A DNA stretch of 64,000 nt, taken from NCBI RefSeq assembly GCF_018977255.1, contig NW_024704742.1, positions 30,196,001 through 30,260,000 of the forward strand. The letters are read 5' to 3'. Positions within the stretch are counted from its first letter, which is position 1. The number at the start of each line of letters is the position of its first letter. This stretch comes from Callorhinchus milii (Eukaryota). Shown one piece after another: positions 27,315 through 39,305 of this stretch. The notes below the pieces were generated by a model that saw only the letters and a program-made list of their open reading frames with translations, was not told the origin of the DNA and made no database searches. A program made the translations under genes and the position numbers.

Positions 27315-27960
27315 CAAAACTGAGGCCCTCCTGATTGGCTCGCGTCAGCGCCTCCGCACCTCAGGCGCTGACAGCATCAGCATCCAAGGCTGCACTCTCC
27401 ACCTCTCAAAGCCATCAGGAACCTCGGGGTTCTGTTTGACCCTGAGCTGTCCTTTCTTCCTCATATCCGCGCCACAACTGGCACCGCCTTCCATCATCTC
27501 CGAAACATCGCCAGACTACGGCATCCCCCAGAGGATCGAATTCAAGATCCTCATCCTCACCTACAAGGCCATTCACGGCCTCGCTCCCTCCTACCTCTCC
27601 GACCTACTATCCCCCTACTTACCTGCCCGTACCCTCCGTTCCTCTGGCTCCGGTCTGCTCCACATCCCCAGCCCCAACCGCCCTACATCGGTGGCCGGGC
27701 CTTCAGCCTCTCAGCCCCTAGGCTCTGGAACTCCATCCCCCAGTGCCTTCGCCGCCTCCTCCCTTTCCTCCTTCAAGGCCGGTCTCAAGACCTTTCTCTG
27801 TGACCGTGTCTTCAGCTCCCCTCTCGACTCTCTACCCCCTTCTAGCTCTCTCCCTTCCCTCCCCTCACCCTGAACATTTCCCCCCTGCTCGGGTCCCGAC
27901 CCAACTGTCCAGCGCCTTGGGATGTCCTCTATAAATGGAATCTTGTTGTTGTTGTTGTTG
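27315..27960 (+). mobile_element. L2-clade LINE 3' fragment with an internal deletion
   Basis: IPQRIEFKILILTYKAIHGLAPSYLSDLL; (TTG)n tail. Roughly 200 bp missing near 27518 relative to the 32360 copy. Confidence 0.9.
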
Positions 27961-28275
27961 AGACATCTCAAAGAGCTTCATGGAATATACGTAAAGTGAA
28001 TTGACTGGGTATTTTGTGGGCGAAATGCGGCAGCCAATAATGCACAGCAGTGTCCCACAAACAGTAGTGGATTGAGTGACCAAATGATAAAAAAAAATGG
28101 GAGGTACTATTGCCCCCGGAAAACCATCCACCAATCGCCTAATAACCGGATTCCTTCTTACTGCTAGGCAAACATGCATATAGAGTAAAGGAGCTAAAGG
28201 AGCTGCTCTGGAATCGAACCCGAATCCAATCTCTTGTAAGGCAAATTCTCTAACTACTATGCTACTGGACTCCAC
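27961..28275 (-). mobile_element. tRNA-derived SINE, long form, diverged
   Basis: Reverse-complement match to the family. Confidence 0.85.
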
Positions 28276-31200
28276 TGCTGGTAGAATACAATGCAACTTA
28301 AATTTATATAGCGCACTTCACATTGGGTGTCTCAAAGTGCTAATGAAATGATAAAACTAATTCTTGCTGAAAATTAAAATATACTCTGTACACCTTGCAA
28401 AAAAAAAAGCTTGGGTAAGAATTGAGGATTGCTTAATTCCTATGCCATGTCAAGTAAGGCTAATTGGCACCTATTGCCAGAAGCTCAGGAAGCCAATAAA
28501 ACCAAAGGAAATTGTAGCATAGTTTTACACAAGAAATTGAATTTGCAAGAATTCAAAGGAGGACACACATGATTTAAATCCCAAGAAGGGACGAAAAGAA
28601 AATACACTGCTTAAGTGAAGCGAGAAAAATTGGGATCCTCACATGAATTTCAGGAATGGAATTAGTACAAAGCCGAAACTGCCTCTGCATGGATGAATAT
28701 ATGTTGGAGGGATAACAGGAACACAAACTCAAATGTTTTTTTTAAAAAACTCTAAATCACAATTACCGCATAGTATTCTGAAAAACCAAGAAAATCCTTC
28801 CCCAGTAAAATTCAGATCAAGAAAGTCTCCTTCAAGACTCAAATGGAGGATCATTCGATCTGGGTACAAAGTCCAGCCTGATGTTTTACAAAAGGTTGCT
28901 CACTCGTAGTGCATTGGTGAGTTTAACTGGCACTCTCAATGCTAGAATAACTGAGAACAAGTCTATAAGGCCAATTTGGGGCCATGATCAGAAGCATTGT
29001 GGCCTGTTTGCTGAAATCTTTTCGAGCAACCCGAGGATTAGGTGAAATGGAAGAAATTTAGACCGAATCATTCATTTCCAGGACATGGAGCTCCAAGTTC
29101 CAGGTTTACAAACTTGAAATCATTCCTGAACTCTACAGCCTACATTCTTTTCCATACCAGGTTCCCCAAACTCATCACCCCCATCCTTGCCTGGCTCCAT
29201 ATCTCTCAGTGGATCAATATCCTCTTCATTATCTGGAAATGCCTCCATGGCCTCACCCCTATCCTATCTCCACAATCTTCTACAACCCAATTCCCCAGCC
29301 ACTCTGCCATCTCTAGACTGCTTCTCCCCACCATTGGTGAGAGAACTTGCAGCCACTTTTCCCTCACTTTTCATAACTCTTCCTAAATCCATCTGCCTCG
29401 TCCCCTCCCTCTTTCAAAACCCATCTAACGACCAATTCATTTAAACTAAATTCAATGGTAAGAATTTCCTAAACAGAAAACCACAAAGATAGTTGTCACT
29501 ATGAAGCCAAAGTTATATAAACTGTTTTCCGTGATGACCCAAACATTCCTACGGAGTGGGTGTCAGTTGCTGAACCAATTTGGGGCTAAGATATCTGCCA
29601 TGAGCTGTGCAGATTGAGATGCCAGAAAACGTCATTTCCGCAGAGACCTCAGCTGAAACTTCTTGCAGTTAAGGAAAAATCCATTGTTCTAGATTATTGT
29701 GAAAGCTGACAAAACTGTGGTTTCAGCTGCCTCTAGATAGGGCAGCATGATTAGCAACGTAATAGGTTCATATGTACAAATTGTACAGCTGATAATATTA
29801 AAACCCTGGGGCTGATGAAAAGATTAAGACGAGCTCTCTGTGCTAGTAACTGCAGCTCTGGAATTGAACCTCGGGAACTTTTTTTTCCCACAATCGGGCT
29901 GATTAGCAATGTGCAATGCTGGCGGTTTTCTGCAACCAGTCAGTCGCATACTGCCTGAATGGTCTGGAACAGCATAGCTGCTAAATTGTATGGTATGATT
30001 TACGTTCTTAATTCCTTGAATGGCAAGATCCCAAACTTCACCATGGAGATGGGACTGATTGTTGGTCAGATGCTTCCCACTGAGATGAGAGAAAAAAATG
30101 CAGGAATTTCTAGCCTTTTTTGCTCTCTTTCAGCAGCTGGATTAAGATTGCATCCCGGGAGGCCTGGGAACAAGTTTCTTGCCTTTTTCCTTAGTTTGCT
30201 AATAGCACATGGCAGGGGTGGGTTAGAGAAAATGAGATACAATTAGTTAAAAAGATGAAAGTAATAAATATAAAATTTTAAAGAATTTAAAAATATGTAC
30301 ATGTATGTTCATATATTTTGCACCTTTTAACCTACATTTATATTATTCAATCGTCTATAGATAAGCTTTAGAAATGCATTTACTCTTCAATAAATAGTCC
30401 CTATCTTGATTGTCATTTCCTATATCTTGGCAGATTGAAACACCCAGAGTTTGCACCACAAGATCAGAAAAAGAGAAAGAATTTTCATAGCGACTTATCA
30501 AGTCATAGCAACTCAAAGCATTTGACTGTAATTTTTGCAAAGTGTAGGGATTGATCTTTATTGGTAAACCAGCAGCCATTTTGTGCACCGCAAGGACCCC
30601 CCCAAACAAATGACCAATTTATCTGGAGGACTGTTAGCCCAGACACCACAAGAAACCGCTCTTTTTTAATAGACCCGAGGAGGTAGTTTCAGTGGGACGT
30701 CGATTCACACCACTGCAGTTTTCAGTTCCAACTAGCGAGTATTAACCTTTAGTTTTATTAATCTAAAACATTTGGTCCTCTGAATCGTTTCCTATCGTTA
30801 ATTTGTTTATTCTGCATTTCTGTTTACACACACACACGGGGTCCAAAGTAACATAATCTGTGCTAAGTTAAACATATCTAGCAGAATTAAGACCTGCCCA
30901 GCATACAATTACTGCACATACTCAGTTCACCTGTTCACTGCCCTGACCTTCCCACTGAACAACCTTCAACACAGCAGCCCGCTACACATGTTAGGCATGT
31001 TACCAGCAAGTCCATGCAGAGGGGATAGCAGCTAAAAATAAATTGGATAAACAATCAGACAGGAAACCTGTTCTTCATACTACACAATGGTATCAGCACA
31101 ATCCTGTAAATAACTCTTTGGATGCCATCTAAAAAAGCTACTGAAAAAAAATTACTAAATGCTCTGGAGATATAAAAAAGCTATTCTGCAATAATAGCTG

Positions 31201-32359
31201 GAATGCTGCAGACACCAGTTTCTAATCACAAATAAAATATGTTTTGCTAGCACTTTGATTTCAGATTCAGTACAAGCTCTTTCCTTCCTCCCAAGGGGGA
31301 AACAAGATTTTTTTGTATAAAAATGAAATCTTCTTATAACTTTATGCAAGACCTCACAACACGGTAATAAGGTTCAATTATATACATACACACAGCATTC
31401 GTTGCTCCAGATAATTCTGCATTTAATTTATATATATCATCTTTTCAAAAACATCATCCAATCAAACTAGCATTGCTAAAACTAGAGCATGAACATTTGT
31501 TCTCTTAGTCTCAAGGCAATTACACTGAAGCTTGGCAGTCAGTCCTCACTTTTTAGATAGATAAAACTCCAGCAATATTCCAAAGAACACTCTGGGGTCC
31601 CCAAGCCAAGGCTCTTACCAATTTGCACCTAATAGTGCATACTCCATTTCAGAAACAGAAATAATAATCCTTTCATTTGATATAGAGCCTTATCACATCT
31701 TTGAGACGTCTCAAAGTGCATCACAGAATATACTGTGAAGTGAATTGACTGTATGTTTTGTGGACGAAATGTCTACTCATAGGTAACTTGTGTATGTGGA
31801 ACTGGGTCAGTTTGGTATTGAGTTTCCACGTGCGCCAGTCTGTCCAAAAATAACAGTTTCCAGTCAATCCCGCTAAGTAAGAGAAGGTTTTGACAGTGTA
31901 CTAAAGCATTATATCAAATGCTAGCATTATTATCAATTAAGTTACAATAACATTTTGGGCGACACATGAACACTTGCCACTCAAATGAAAGTGTTAAAGT
32001 CGTCCCTTTACCTTGTCAGTAGACGGAGATAATCCATAGATGGAACTGGTCTGAGGGGAGCAAGAGGAGGAAAGTGGGCCAATTTACAGGAAGAGTGAGA
32101 TTTTAAGTAAGCATGCAAAGATTTTCAGTGCTGCTTACAATGTCACCTTTGAATTATTATGCTGATAGAGAACAAGATGTCTCAGTGGCCTCAGGGTGAC
32201 CTGAAACTGTTAAAGAGATAGAAGTCATCAAAACCTGCTTGGAGACTTGGTGCCAACCAGGGCTTTGCAACAGATCAGCATATAGGTAACGTCAGTCCGT
32301 CACAATAGACATCGAAGGAGTAATACCAAGCATTAGAAACCTAAGATCAACCACAAACA

Positions 32360-33140
32360 GATTCCAGGACCACTGGCATCCTGACCGACTGCCTGTCCAA
32401 CATCAAGTCCTGGACAAGGGACAACTTTCTCCAACTGAACATCAGCAAGACTGAGGCCTTCCTGATTGGCTCGAGCCAGTGCCTCCGCACCTCGGGCACC
32501 GGCAGCATCAGCCTCCACGGCTGCACACTCAACCTCACTAAGCCTGTCAGGAACCTGAGTATCTTGTTTGACCCTGAACTGTCCTTTCTCCCCCACATCC
32601 GCGCCATGCCCGGCACTGCCTACCACCACCTCCACAACATTGCCAGACTCCGTCACTGCCTCACCCCTCAGGCTGCCAAACCCTCACCCACGCATTCATC
32701 ACATCAAGGCTCTATTATGGGAACTCCCTCCTCATCGGCCTTCCCAACTCTTCCCTTCACAAGCTGCAGATCATCCAAAACTCTGCAACTTGTGTACTCT
32801 CACGCACCAGGCTCCGCGACTCCATCACTCTCACCCTCGCCCGACTCCACTGCCTCCCCATCTCCCAGAGGATCGAGTTAAAGATCCTCATCCTCATCTT
32901 TAAGGCCATCCATGGCCTTGCCCCCTCCTACCTCTCTGACCTGCTGACTCCCTACCAACCTGCCCGCACCCTCTGTTCAGCGGGCTCCAGCCTGCTCCAT
33001 GTCTCCCGCCCGTCCATCGGTGGCCGGGCTTTCAGCCTCTCTGCCCCCACACTCTGGAACTCCATCCCACTGTCCCTTCGCCTCGCTTCCTCTCTTGCTC
33101 CTTCAAGGCCGGTCTCAAGACCCTTCTCTTTGATCGTGCT
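32360..33140 (+). mobile_element. L2-clade LINE fragment
   Basis: FDPELSFLPHIRA...HHLHNIARLRHCLTPQAA; similar to 7700-9215. Confidence 0.9.
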
Positions 33141-33224
33141 GTATATAACTTCTGGGGATTCAAACCCAAATATTTGGCAGTGTAGCCTCGCATTCTGAAC
33201 TTTCCTTTTGGCAAGTTAATACTA

Positions 33225-33565
33225 CTAATACTTGCATTTAATTAGCACTTCATGGTTATAGCTCAAGCTTCGCCACAAGATTTACTACAGTGTCGAGATT
33301 GTATCTGTAGGCCAATGTGATGCCAGTTTTAACATAGTAAGGTTTCCCAAACAGCCATGAATCAATTTTACCCGGAAATAGTTGGCCAGGATATTGGGAG
33401 AAACCCGCATCTCTTATTGAAAAATGCCATGGAATCTTTAACATACACCTGAACCAGAAGTTGAGACTTCAGCTTAAAGTCTCGCCTGAAGGATAGCACC
33501 TCTGGCAATGCAGTGCAACTCCGCACTGCATTAGAGTATCAGCCTCGACTATGTCCTCCAAGTCG
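33225..33565 (-). mobile_element. Old Deu-domain-type SINE, head-to-head with the 33688 copy
   Basis: tgccatggaatctttaacatacacctgaac...gatagcacctctggcaatgcag. Confidence 0.65.
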
Positions 33566-33687
33566 TAACTAACATGGGAAATTCTATCCCATATAAATTT
33601 TCTTACAAAATATTCACTTTAAAAATACATATGCAATTGTGCATTCAATTGCCCTAATACTGATAGGTTATCAGCCTGTAAACAAGG

Positions 33688-34103
33688 TGTCAGCCTGGCT
33701 CAGTTGGTAGAATTTTCACCTCTAAATCAAAAGGTTGTGGACACAAGCTCCATGCCATGACTTAGAGCTCATAGTCTAAGCTTATACTCCAGTGTAATGC
33801 TGGGGGAACACTACATTGTCGGAGGAGCCATCCTTTGGATGAGAGATTAAACTGCCTGTTCAGGTTGATGATACAAATTCTATGGCACAACTGGAAAAGA
33901 GAAGGGAGTTGGTGCCCTGGCCAACAATCTGCATGATAAAATTGGTCATTCACTTCAAGGCTATTTGTGAGACATTACTGTGTTTAAATTGGCTGTCGTT
34001 TTCACCTACAAATATATAGTCTACAGTAAATCCTCTGAAGCACTTTGAGACATTTCAACCACATAAGACAGTACTTCTTATCAAATGCGAGGATGATTAT
34101 TAT
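33688..34103 (+). mobile_element. Near full-length old Deu-domain-type SINE (SacSINE1/LmeSINE1/AmnSINE1-like)
   Basis: tRNA-like head cagcctggctcagttggtag...ggttgtgg, core cattgtcggaggagccatcctttggatgagagattaaac...caggt, L2-like tail. Family name from recall. Confidence 0.7.
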
Positions 34104-36775
34104 CAGGGACTGACTGTGTATATGCGGGGCGGGCGGGTTGGAATCCGGAAATTTCCCGAGTGCCCCAGAGAATGGCTCCTGCTGCTTACTACCTGTGCAG
34201 CCTAGTTCAAAAGTTCCATTTAATCCCGACAATGTTCTTAATTGTGTGGATGTTTTATGCGTTTTGGCAGCCCTACAAACCAGCCCCATTTTAAATGATA
34301 ATCCCGAGGACTTTTGAGGAGCCAGACCTCCACTGATTACTGTTATTTTATTATCAGCACTGATAAAAGCGTAAAACAACTGTGTAATGCAATCCCTTTG
34401 CTTGATTCTGGAGGCGGTTTGCTTGGCTATCATTTTTAAATGATACAATGGCCAAGTATAATCTTGGAAAAAGAAATGCATGTATCCATTAATGTAAACT
34501 TTAGAATGCAAAATCCTCAGTGCAACTTATAACCAAATGTTGCAAGTATGCTATTACTATATGATTTAGTATCATCATCTCAAAATATGGATATGAAATT
34601 AAAACCTTCTGTACAAAGTCAAGCTGAGAATCTAATCAAGACCTTGGCATTTTTCCTCCATTAGGGCCAATTTTCTCTAGGCAATCCAAGAAATATAAAC
34701 CACTCCCTGCTTTCATGAGCAGACGTGTTTTCGTTTGAACCAAAATGTTCGTACTGGTGTAGTCAAACTGGTCACCTTCACTCCCTTTCTGTATTACTCT
34801 GCAAATTAAGAAATAACGCGCCATTTGTTTTTACTTTACATTATTATGTGCTTTTAAATCCAAGGATTTAGTTAGGAAAATTAGTTAAACTGAACTAAAT
34901 CAAGTGTTTCCTTTTTATCGTACTTCAGATGAAATTCCCATTCAAAAGAAATATTAAATGCTAAGTGCAACCACTTATATAAATGCAAGTTGTTGTTATC
35001 ATAATCATAATATTATAATAAGTATGGTTACAGATAGTATATTGGGATTCATGGAAGAGGTTGTACAAAAACAGCATTTACAAATACACAATCCACTATA
35101 TGCACCATTACATATAAAACCAGTCCTATAATTATTTATTAGTACATTTATTTAATCTAACTATTATGATGATCTAAGTACATTAGACATCCAAAAATTC
35201 TAAGTGAAGTTTCCTTCCTCCAATGACTTCTTGAATAGGTAACAAGACAAACAAGGCTGAGGCAATTTCTTAAATTTTCTGAAGCCTGGTGTTTTCATAA
35301 TCTACTCTCATATATATGTCAGTTTTACCAAATTGATTTTTTCTTAATTCTGAAAATTATTGGTACATTATTTTAAGAAATACCAACCAATAACAACAAA
35401 CATTTATATAGCTCCCTCCTCGCTGGCGGTGTCCCAGAGCGTTTAAATCGACTAAAAGGCTCCAACCGGAGGCTCCTCTATTGCAAATTGATTGTATCTG
35501 TCAAACATGCATAAAATGGACAGTACAGGAACTCTGACGACTTTTTTAAAAAAAACGTTATTAAAGAGCTGATAACAGTAATTCCGCTATCTCCTGCAAA
35601 AGGCTTTTTTGTTTGTTTTGAATGCATAAAGAAGATTTTCAAACAGGAAATGTGTTCATGCACCATTACCACTGAATCCTTGAAGAAGTATGAGGCTACC
35701 CCAGTTTTCTAACAGGATTCTGCTATCCTAGTTTGCTTTATTAATTGGGGACATCAAGCAATTTTAGTTCCACAACATTAAAAACTTAAGCATTTGAAAT
35801 TTCTAGATAAAGTTTGTCAATTTGCAGATTCCCAGGCTTTCATGAAAATAATTATGCAATAGAAGGTAAACTATCTGGAAAGTAACAAATCTGCAGTGCT
35901 CATAAACTGAATCTCAAAACTTCAACAATCCATCTTGGCCTGTGTAACCGTTCAACTTTTCTATATAACTTGTCAATACCACTTTCTGTTGACCTGAAGG
36001 ACAGCACACAATTAACAGCCTAGAAAAAGCAGGCATCTCCCAACCAGAAAGCCACAAATATCTGCTGCATCTAGTTTCCTTAATTTTGTCTACACAACAA
36101 AGATGTCAAAATTAATATTACATATACTGGCTGTATTCGCTCACTGTTTTGGAGACATTCCTAGTGGCTCTTTACAAAACAGGCAAACTTCCTTAAATAA
36201 TCTCTCACCAGTGGAAGAATTGCTTTTATTCAGGGTTTCAGTGGGAACAGGTGGAAGAAGGAAGTTGAAGTCTCTACTTGAACCATGCATTTCACATTGT
36301 AGGGCCCAGAGTAATATCAACAAGAATTTACATAAATAAAACACCTTTCCCCTTGGGAGGACATCTCAAAGCACTTTACATAGTTGACTGGAAACCCGAG
36401 AAAGAAGAGGGAAGCTGACAGAAAGGTAACCAAAACCACAGTTAAAAAAAAGCAAGGATTTACTACCATTTTTTCAGCACTCACAATAGCTGGTGCCGAA
36501 AAAAGTTGATAAATACGGGTACCGGCATTGTAATTACACTTAGCCAGAAATTTCAACTTGCTGGACCAGATCTCCCCACCATTGGTCTGGCCAGCTGGGG
36601 TTTTAGTGCACAGCACAGAGGAAAGTGCTGCACTTTAAAGATTTCTTTTTAAACACAATCATTTTCGAAATAAACAAAACACAAAATACTGCAGATGCTG
36701 GAAATCTGAAAACAAGAACAGAAGTCGCTGGGAACACTCAGCAGGTCAGGCGGCATCGATGGAGAAAGGGAAGTG

Positions 36776-36812
36776 AATCAACGTTTCGGGTCCACGACCC
36801 TTCGTCAGAACT
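36776..36812 (-). ncRNA. Minimal hammerhead ribozyme motif, sense to the RNF150 pre-mRNA
   Basis: Reverse complement reads agtt-CTGACGA-a-GGGTC-gtg-GACCC-GAAA-C-GTT-gatt, with a perfect 5-bp stem II. Confidence 0.6.
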
Positions 36813-37037
36813 GGGGCAGGTTGGGAGGGAGAGGCCTTTAAGTCCTAACAGAGATGTTAAAACACTTTTAACACCTCTATTCCCCTGCTCTGTTACAATG
36901 GCTCCCTTGTTTTGCATCATTAACACCTCTTTAACCCATCATCCCCTGCCCTCTACCCCATTTTCTCCTTTGTCTTCCTTGTCCTGCCTCCCCCCTTTCT
37001 GTTAGCCCTTAAAAGCCTCTCCCTCCTAACATGCCCC

Positions 37038-37074
37038 AGTTCTGACGAAGGGTCGTGGACCTGAAACGTTGACT
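37038..37074 (+). ncRNA. Minimal hammerhead ribozyme motif (Penelope type)
   Basis: agtt-CTGACGA-a-GGGTC-gtg-GACCT-GAAA-C-GTT-gact: catalytic boxes, stem II hairpin, palindromic AACGTT in place of stem III, and a 4-bp stem I. Confidence 0.6.
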
Positions 37075-38889
37075 CACTTCCCTTTCTCTATAGATACTGC
37101 CTGACCTGCTGAGTGTTCCCAGCGACTTGTTTTCATTTTCGAAATAATGCTGATTAATACAAGATTTCTTTCCTCCTCATACAACTTCTGCCCGCAAGCC
37201 AAAGGATTAGAGAATTTCAAATGCTACTTCAAATACTCTTTTTGACAACTGTCGATATCTCTATTTTCCATCTTTCAAAGGTCTGATAGCCCTACAAACC
37301 ATCGCTCCACTCCCCTCCAGAATGCAATCCCTGCTCCACTTGTTTCTGAGGATGAATAGGAAAGAGAGAGACCTATTAAAGCCTTTATTTTAATAAAACG
37401 GCAAGGGGTTTCCAGTTCCAAAACATAGTCAAGATGGAAACTATTTTTAAAAAGAATCAAAACTAGGAGGACTGGACACACTGTATTAGTACAATGTCCT
37501 TCCTGGGATTCAGTTATGAATCCAACCTTGACTTAAGGGAATGAAAAGCATCCTCTGTACACATGTTAAGTAAAGCTAGTGATGGATGGTCTCAATGCAG
37601 GTCCTTGTGGATAAGGAAAGTGACCACAACTCAACACAATTTGGAAATTCCACTCAAGAAAGTGGGAAATGTGAATAGGTACTACTACAGTGGTAAATAC
37701 CCTTTTAAAGTTGAGGGTTATAGCATAATCAGAGTACAAAGTATATTCTTACAATTAGATTATAGTTTGTCACTCAGAGCACTGTCTGACTAACTTCCCG
37801 TTGTTTGTCCAGTTAGGATGACCCTACCCTTCAGGGCTTTGCTTGTAACATTAACAAGAGATAAGTGCAAAGAATCCTGTAATTAAACTTTTATGATGTA
37901 AACATCATGTCATTTCCATCAGTGACTATGAATAGGAATGGTGAACTCCTAAGAAGTTTTCAACGAGAAACTGTACATGATAAAACACAATAGTTTAATA
38001 GATATGTATGACTAATAATTTCTTTAATAAGATTAAGGTCTGTAGTAATTTCCGAGTCCATTTCCTCTTTAACAAAATACATTCCAAGTTGTTTTTTCAC
38101 TGGGGAAAGTCAATGCAGAATGTCCTATGTGTTCAATAGTAGCTAGATCATTGAAGTCCTGATATTTAGGCAAAGTACCAATGATCTGCAGTTATAAAAG
38201 ACAACAGTAAGTTTATCAACAATGCTGAGTATCCACCATACTTCTATATACTGTATATGGCAATGAAGAGTAAATAGGATGTGTAAGAAAATGCTACAAA
38301 GTGGATAAAGCTGAAAGCTCTTTAACTTGGGGGCAATGTAGTACATAAGGTTGATTTTGTTACTGTTTCACAAACAGCTTACAGTAGTTATTAGAACAGT
38401 CCAGCAGGCCTCAATTCCTTCATTAAGGATACATTTATTTTTTCATTGCCCTACATATATGCTGTGTTTAAAACAATTAAAAAAATCAACATGGGATCTC
38501 ATCCCCAAGGGCATTTCCATTAAAAGCAACTGACTCTGAGGCCAATCAATACATTTTTAAACTGATGACATTAAAATTCCATGTATGTTTAAAGACTATT
38601 ACTGGACAGAGTAAAAACATTGTAGTGCAATGTATCCCCCTCATGCATGGTTAGGCTTCTAACAGTTCTACCTCAATCAAAGGGCAACATGAAGAAATGT
38701 GGAAATCAGGCTACCATATGTGACGTGGAAACTCTGCAAGAATAAAATGTCTTGGCTCCGGTGTTATCATTAAGCCAAGCAAATCACCTGAGCATTTCAG
38801 GTACACTAAATGTCAAATGATGCGGCCAATGACAGGAATATGGCTTCCTTCTTGTCAACATTTAGTTGCAAGAAGTTTGCTCTCACTCA

Positions 38890-39305
38890 GGTCCTGATGT
38901 CTGCCAGACAAGCTGACACAACATTGGCGGATCTGGAGTCGCAGCTGGAGAAGTAGATTTGTGCGTCATCCGTATAACGTTTGGAAGTTTACCCGGTGTC
39001 TGCGAATGACATTGTCAAGAGGAAGGAGAAACCGTTTGAAGAGACAAAGTGGAGGCGGCTTGTTAGATCAGACTCAAACCAGGATGGTATGGTCCCACTG
39101 AGGTGAATGAGGGAGGAGCGGCGGTGGATGAGGATGGGGTGGTCGACTGTGTCGCGAGGTCTAGGAGGACGAGGAGGCAGAGGGAGCCCTGGTCAGAGAG
39201 AGAGGAAGTCGTTTGTGACCTTGACAAGCGCCGTTTCAGTGCTATGGACAGGGTGGAAACCAGACTGGAGGGGCTCGAGTAGGGAGTGGAGGGAGAGGTG
39301 TGAGC
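38890..39305 (-). mobile_element. Degraded L2 RT fragment
   Basis: Reverse complement has ccctccagtctggtttccac...gtcaaggtcacaaacgac...gaccagggctccctctgcctcctcgtcctcctagacct. Confidence 0.8.

Larger units (their letters stand above)
36674..37132. mobile_element. Penelope-like element remnant with inverted terminal segments
   Basis: 15-bp direct repeat tcattttcgaaataa at 36659-36673 and 37133-37147. Inverted arms at ~36722-36852 and ~36998-37128. Each arm has CTGACGAAGGGTCGTGGACC(C/T)GAAACGTTG, resembling Penelope pseudo-LTR sequence. Confidence 0.75.
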
